Assembly: GCA_964247055.1 (NCBI GenBank)
Contig: OZ176057.1
Span: forward strand, 3,596,001-3,660,000
DNA: 64,000 nucleotides
Source: Paragordius varius
Taxonomy: Eukaryota > Animalia > Nematomorpha
Reading direction: 5' to 3'
How positions within the stretch are numbered: the stretch's first letter is position 1; each line of letters begins with the position of its first letter. The notes under the pieces were generated by a model. That model was not told the DNA's origin, did no database searches, and saw only the letters and a list, made by a program, of their open reading frames with translations. A program made the translations under genes and the position numbers. Shown one piece after another: positions 41,531-64,000 of the stretch.

Positions 41531-43204
41531 AATACATACTTAGGTCAAATAATATTAAACATAATTGATGAAAACGTGTCAAATTTTATTGGTTTTACAT
41601 AAGGATAATTCTAACACAATGATTATCAACAAAGATTTTAGGCTTTTCAGAAGGTCTCAGAAAGATTACAAGAATATAAGCTAAAAAATGGCACTTTGAC
41701 GTCAAATTTAATAATAAAAATTTATTAATATGTAATTTAATTCATATTAAACAATTATATATTAACTCAATGTATCGCCTACTCATAAAAAAAGAATATT
41801 TTTCGTTAACTTACACCAAAGCAGAAGCTGTGTTTAAGTTTTCCAATACATTTAATATTACTTTTTCCATACAATTCGTTGAAAAAGATCTATTATCATC
41901 TCAGATTTTTGATTATAGGGAGTTATTTTACCAGAAAATCATGATTATATATTCTTAGCGCCATTTTGGATATTAATACCGGCCTTAGGGTATAAAATCC
42001 CAAATCTAAAACTAAGTCAATATAATGAATCAAAGTTAGTGCGATTTGTAGCTTATATTCTTAAAAATTCTGGGACCTTACGAAAAAGTGTAAAATCTTT
42101 ATTGATAATATTTTGTGTTTGGAATTATTCTTATGCTATATTAACATGAATAAAATTTCGTTGACACGATATCATATCTTGTATTGATTGTTTTGACCTA
42201 ATATGTGCTAAAAATGCGATTTTTTGATTTTAACTAATATCAGATAATTAAAATAACTTTTTTTCTTGTATTTTAACTGCATATATCATTCCAATATTTA
42301 TTATCCTGAAGCCTTTAGCTATCGACAAATTCATTAACATTCATTTTTTGCTGTGCACCGTGGAATGAATGATTGTGTTAATAATCAGAATATTTGGTGT
42401 TATGACATATCTTTTGTAAGTAAGCTAAGAAGAGCATTTATGTATAGAGTAGAAATGATGTTTACCCCAACAATATTTTAAATAAACTAATAATTTTTAC
42501 TTCATACCATAGGATGATTGTAGAGTGGTGGCACATTAAAATTCAAACTGCATAATATTTTATCAAGGAATTGTTAAAACCTTACAAATAAGGTATTTTA
42601 AAGTCTTGTGACGTGGTGGAAATTTTTTTTTAAATGCTATTGTAATTTGGCTTTTATTCCTGATCATTTATACAACAATTTGGTAAATCACATTTATGTT
42701 AACACTTGGATATAACCAATCCATTTCAGTCCTTCGACTCATGTTAGGGTAACTAGGGACTTCAGGCATGTACAAAATTAAATTATCCAAAAAATATGGA
42801 TTAAATTGAGAACCCATTTTAGAATTTTGCACTTATAAAATTCATTTAAAAAAATGTGATAATTATTTTATATATAAACCTGAAGGTAAATATTTAGCAA
42901 TGACTTTTATGCATTGTCTGTGTATTGCTACAGTCGTCGACTTTTTGTAATATTGTAAATGAAACTTTTCTCTTTAATGTTGAGTTCGGCCAAGCTTTAG
43001 ATAAATATTAAAAGGACTAGACAAAACAAATTTTTCTGCCACTTGTTCATTTTTTGATAATTACCAAAAATTTTTCAGTAAATCTGACATAAAAATTATA
43101 ATTTCACCCACTAATTTATAAAAATTTGATATTTATAACTATGCGCCCACTTTATCAAATTTACTAAAATATGTTTTTCATAAAATTATAGAACAAATGA
43201 TCAT

Positions 43205-43995
43205 CTATATATTTATAAAAATGGAAAATGCTGGCTTTGTGATCTGGTACAGGAAAACCGGTAGACCCATTCAAATCCAAACATCGAAAAAATATAATCA
43301 TTAATGAATGCCCCGAAAATAGCTTCGCCTTTTTTTAAAATAGTCCCCCAGTTCGGGCCCACCCCTGTGAAAAACGGATTTTTTTGAAAACAGAAGTCCA
43401 CAAAAATCGTGTCTTTGAAATTTTCCGGAGAACGTGTTGGACCATTCAATTTTAAATATGATTTTTGTTTACTTATTTTTGATTGCGCCGAACATAGTCG
43501 TCTCGCTTTTTTAATTTAGGCCCTCTTTTTACCCGCTCCCCCAGTAAAATGCCATTTCAAAAAACAGAGTCCACAAAAATAATTTTTTAAATCTATTTTT
43601 CGCTCTAGGTATGAGACCGTAAATATTCTATAATGATTCCAAGTATTCCCTGATAAAAGGCAATAATTTTAGTCAAGCGTTTCTTTGATGATAGCTGCTG
43701 GGTAATGAGCTACGCGCTAAAAACTGATTTGTCATGTGGCTATGTGATCTGTTTCCAGAAAACCGGTAGACCCATTCAAATCCAAATATCGAAAAAATAT
43801 ATTCATTAATGAATGCCTCGACAATAGCTTCGCCATTTTTTTAAAATAAGCCCCCAGTTCGGGCCCACCCCCTGTGAAAAACGGATTTTTTTGAAAACAC
43901 AAGTCCACAAAAATCGTGTCTTTGAAATTTTCCGGAGAACGTGTTGGTTTATTCAATTTTACATTTGATTATTATTTTATTTTTGATTGTGCACC
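43205..43995 (-). mobile_element. Family E 3' end, inverted and tandemly duplicated
   Basis: 43205-43735 and 43737-43995 are reverse complements of the family E 3' region. The second copy is truncated at a C15 run. Confidence 0.75.
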
Positions 43996-44011
43996 CCCCC
44001 CCCCCCCCATA

Positions 44012-44720
44012 CGCTAGTTTGTAATATATTCGAAATAGTAATAAAAGCTCTATAAAATGCATATTAATATCTTTTACATCTATAAATATTGGACATAGGA
44101 AGTTACAAACCAACGAAGCGAAAGAGTTTTCAATTATAGATCAAACTTTGGTAGATATGAATGTCTAAAAAAGATAACACAAAAATGATCAAAACATTTA
44201 TTATTCCTATAATGTCATTTACAGCCATTTTTATTTTTTTTGAAAAATACTACTGCATTAATATTAATTATTTACAATTTCAAAGACTAAATATAAAGTT
44301 TATATACCCTTAATGCAATAAATTTACAGTTATAACTATGTATTTTTGTGTCCACTAGGTAAATATATTTTGTTAATAATGATTTCAATTAAAAAAACAA
44401 ACCAAAAGTTTTTCAGGAATTTAATTTAAATTTTATGCTAAGGTAATCTTAATAATTATATTAAAATAATTTATATGATAAATTCGTTTGTCTGTGAAAA
44501 TTTTAAACTTTATGGGTTAAAATTTTGACTATATAAAACCATATAACTTTTAAATCAGATTTTTAATGACTTACTACCATTCGAATTCGGTTTTATGCGC
44601 TCTTTCGACTGATTTAAAATATATGGCTTATATCTAAAACTTTAATTTTAACAATCGAGTTTAATGTTGAATTGAAGGCCAAAAATTGATAAAACCAAAT
44701 AAATATAAGGTGTTTGAAAT
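44012..44720 (-). mobile_element. Family I copy, inverted
   Basis: Matches 29300-29830 on the opposite strand and abuts the C15 run. Confidence 0.6.
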
Positions 44721-44993
44721 ATATTATTTATATACTTTAATTGCATAAATATTAACAAAGGTCAATTGTTGTTCCTTTTTCTGTTTATATGAATTTTAAT
44801 TCGTTTGATATAAATTTTAATTTTAGATTTAGAATAAAAAAACCGAGAAAAATGTCATAAAATAAAAAGAGCTTTAAAGTAATTTCCTATGGCTTTTTCC
44901 TAAATTTTATTGAGATATGGCTTATTTATATATTTAGTTAAAACAGAATCAAATATTGAATGAAAGTATCCCTTTTCATAGTTTTTTAATAAC

Positions 44994-45040
<47 letters not shown>

Positions 45041-45413
45041 CCTTATTTGAATCCAATTTATAAAAAATATTTTCATCCTTATATAAATGATTTGTTTGGA
45101 CAAATTAAATGTTTTGTCAATTTTTTTAAATCTTATTCAAATCGGGGGAAAGAAATTTAACCTGTTTTGAACGAATTATTTTATAGATTTTTTTTACCCT
45201 TTAAAGTTCGAATGCTTTCTAATTTTGATTTTGTAATCTATCATTCTGAGGTGATAGGGGATGTTAAGCATCATTGATTTGAATAGAAAAAGTGGACAAT
45301 ATATAAAATCGTTTTTATATTTTTAAACAAAAAAGTATCTTTTTTAAAATTATAATGTCAAAAATTAGCATAAATTAAAAAATTATAAATGATCCTGCTA
45401 TTGCGTTTTTTAA

Positions 45414-46289
45414 CACTTGGATTTAACACATTCATAAGACTCCTTAGATTCAAAGTGGAGAAGTAGGATACCCCAGGCCTGTTTAACATTTAAATAATTA
45501 AAAACTATGGAATGAATTTAAACCTTAGCAAAATGCACATTTATTAATGAACCGAAATATATTAAAAATTTTTTTCAAAAATACTTAATATTACTTATAT
45601 TTAGCTAAAACCTGTAGGCAAAAATTTAATTAACATAATATGTCTGCATTAACTAAATTTAAAAATAATACATAAACCATTTTTTAATTTTCTATCAATG
45701 TTTGTGATATACATGAAAAATTAGCTTCTATTTAACACTTCGATTTAAATTGGGGTATTTAAATACCCCAGACTAAATTTAAATTAAATTTTTTAAATAA
45801 CTACTGAAGGAAACGGTCCCAATTTAAATATATGCTTCTATCCTGATAAATATTATAATATGCCGAAATATCTTGATTTGTTTTGAAAAAAAATTTCCAT
45901 ATCAAACTACTTCGACGCCATTTTTATTTTAAAAAATTTTTGCAAAACATCGTCTTCATTTAATTTTAAGGGTAAAACTAAAGCTTATTTTTTATATAAA
46001 TTACATCTAACATTGATAGAAATAGAAAAAGCGGTTTATTAATTTTACAATTTGACACATGTCACGTTGACTAAATTTACCTTTCAGTTTTAGCTCAAAA
46101 TAAGTAATATCAAGTATTTTTGAATAAATTTTTTTATATATTTCGATTTATTAATGTTATATAAGTGCAAAATTTTGCCAGGGTTTGATTACTTCCACTT
46201 TTTAAAATATTTGATTTTTAACAGGCTTGGGGTATCCAACTACCCCAATTTGAATCGAAGGACTAAAATGAGTGTGATGTATCCAAGTG
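45414..46289. mobile_element. Family H palindromic element with TTAA TSD (piggyBac-like, inference)
   Basis: TTAA|CACTTGGAT...ATCCAAGTG|TTAA with about 80 bp imperfect TIRs. Arm fragments at about 16470-16530, 24700-24770, 37080-37150 and 42700-42780. Confidence 0.8.
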
Positions 46290-47237
46290 TTAAAATCATA
46301 TAAATACGATATTTTGCAAAAATGTTATAAAAATGGATCCGAAATAGTTTGATATGGAACTCTTTCCAATCCAAATTTTATTTGGATATTTCGTCTTTAT
46401 TATATAATTAGTACAGAAAAGTAATCGGGACCTTTTTTTAGTAGTGATACTCCAGTGAATTAAATTAAAGGACCTAGCCCAAGAGGGAAAAATATTGCGA
46501 CTTTGAAAGCCTACATCTAAAAAAAATTTAATATTGTTTTGCTTTTTATAAGCTTATGATATTAGTGATGTTTTTCGAATGAAGCATTTTAATTTCACCA
46601 AAAAATTATATACAAAAAGTGTGCTCAAAATTAGCCATTTTTTGATATGGAGCACTTAATATAAAAGTGTTAACAACTTTATTTACCGCGAAAAATTGCT
46701 TTGAAGCTGATGTTTGCTTAAAACCCCTATTTCCGCACAGGACAACTGCTCTGAAACTATTTACAAATGTGCCTCCAACCTCGACGCGTTCAATTATGTC
46801 AAATAAATTTATTTGAATTCAGGTTGCAATCAACCTAAATGCTTCAGTCGAAAAAAAAGTTATGCATTCGGTTCATCGAAATTATCGATAATGAACTAAA
46901 TATACCTCTTTTTAAAACTTTACATACCTCTTAATATATTTAAGGCCCCTGTTTTACAAATGACAAACGGTTAACTTTTATAAACCCTTTAACTCTCGAA
47001 AATTTCGATGTCATTGATATTAAATGTTTTCACAATAATGTCTCAAGAGTGTTAACAATTCACACCAAAAAATTACAATAGCTCTTCGTTAATCTACCTT
47101 ATAAAGATATATTTATCGCTTTATCACATAAAATTTTACGATGTAAAAGAAGTGCCTGTCATTCTTGCCAATATTTTTCCACCATATTTAACCCCTTTCA
47201 TTAAGGCTCATCTGCTATCCTCATTTCAAAAATCATT

Positions 47238-47252
47238 TTTCTAGAAAATTTG
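47238..47252 (+). promoter_or_regulatory. Candidate heat-shock element upstream of Hsp110
   Basis: tTTCtaGAAaaTTTg gives two perfect alternating nGAAn pentamers plus one imperfect, about 80-95 nt upstream of the ATG at 47334. Confidence 0.5.
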
Positions 47253-47309
47253 TGATCCTTCGCCTATTATCATCCATATAATATATTTGTTATAAAAAGA
47301 TTAATTTGA

Positions 47310-63447
<16,138 letters not shown>

Positions 63448-63502
63448 GTATTTATTTTTTTATTAGGTCCCTTAATATAATTTCACAGTAAAAATTGAAA
63501 TA

Positions 63503-63692
63503 CAGTATGCATTTTAATGGTTGATTGGTTGCTTATTATACACTATAGTAGACACAGGAATGTATATGGAAAAAAAGAAGGGAATAATTGTTTATTCGAC
63601 ATTTTGTTGTTTTTTTTCCATACACTACTGTATTGTTGCAAATTGTCCGCCCTACTATAGTGTGAAATAATCAACCATTAAAATGCATACTG
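63503..63692. mobile_element. Family C Tc1/mariner-type MITE (TA|CAGTATGCATTTTAATGG...CCATTAAAATGCATACTG|TA)
   Basis: Perfect TIRs with TA flanks, inserted into a family G terminal fragment (CAGTAAAAATTGAAA at about 63485). Confidence 0.9.
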
Positions 63693-64000
63693 TATTTCGA
63701 ATGGGCAAAAACACGTGAAATTTACTAAAGGAGTCAATCATATTCTTTAAATATCCTGGGTTTTTTAAAGTTTCAACTCATTGTTTAAAACTGCAAAGTA
63801 TAAAATGGAAATGTAAATTAGTGAAACATGGATATTTTACGATTGTAAATTAATGATTATCCTAGGATAAAAGTTTAAAAGGTTAGGGGTTGTTTTTGAA
63901 AACGTTATTTTTATATTTTTTACTGAGTTGGTGTTGATTTTTAACGAAAAAAGGATGGGTGGTATATATTTTCTAAAAAATTCTTGGAACTCACTTTTAT

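Overview
A very AT-rich eukaryotic genomic window, almost certainly animal judging by the MEF2 MADS/MEF2 domain and its intron positions. It is not prokaryotic and has no CRISPR array. Four spliced genes can be assembled by hand with consistent exon phases: ubiquilin (minus strand, 14 exons visible, 3' end off-window), Mef2 (plus, 4 secure exons plus 2 probable ones, about 1129 aa if all join), ribosomal protein S9/uS4 (plus, 3 exons, 195 aa) and an Hsp110/HSPA4-type chaperone (plus, at least 18 exons, at least 941 aa). Introns and intergenic DNA are filled with at least ten families of non-autonomous, mostly palindromic DNA-transposon derivatives. There are also decayed relics of a Penelope-like element (with a hammerhead-ribozyme-like core), an RTE-like LINE, a possible RNase H and a possible Tc1 transposase. 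The main unusual features are: (1) GT-AG introns of only 25, 28, 26 and 30 nt at gene 5' ends, alongside kb-sized TE-filled introns; (2) a roughly 70-aa N/Q-rich insertion in the Hsp110 ATPase domain; (3) three tandem copies of an Hsp110 exon end plus donor, each with an AG the real exon lacks, making candidate cassette or poison exons; (4) a very long MEF2 C-terminus whose last two exons lie between an outward-facing pair of same-family TIR elements. TE family letters A-J are my own labels. All calls were made by eye, with no database searches, and TE boundaries are approximate.
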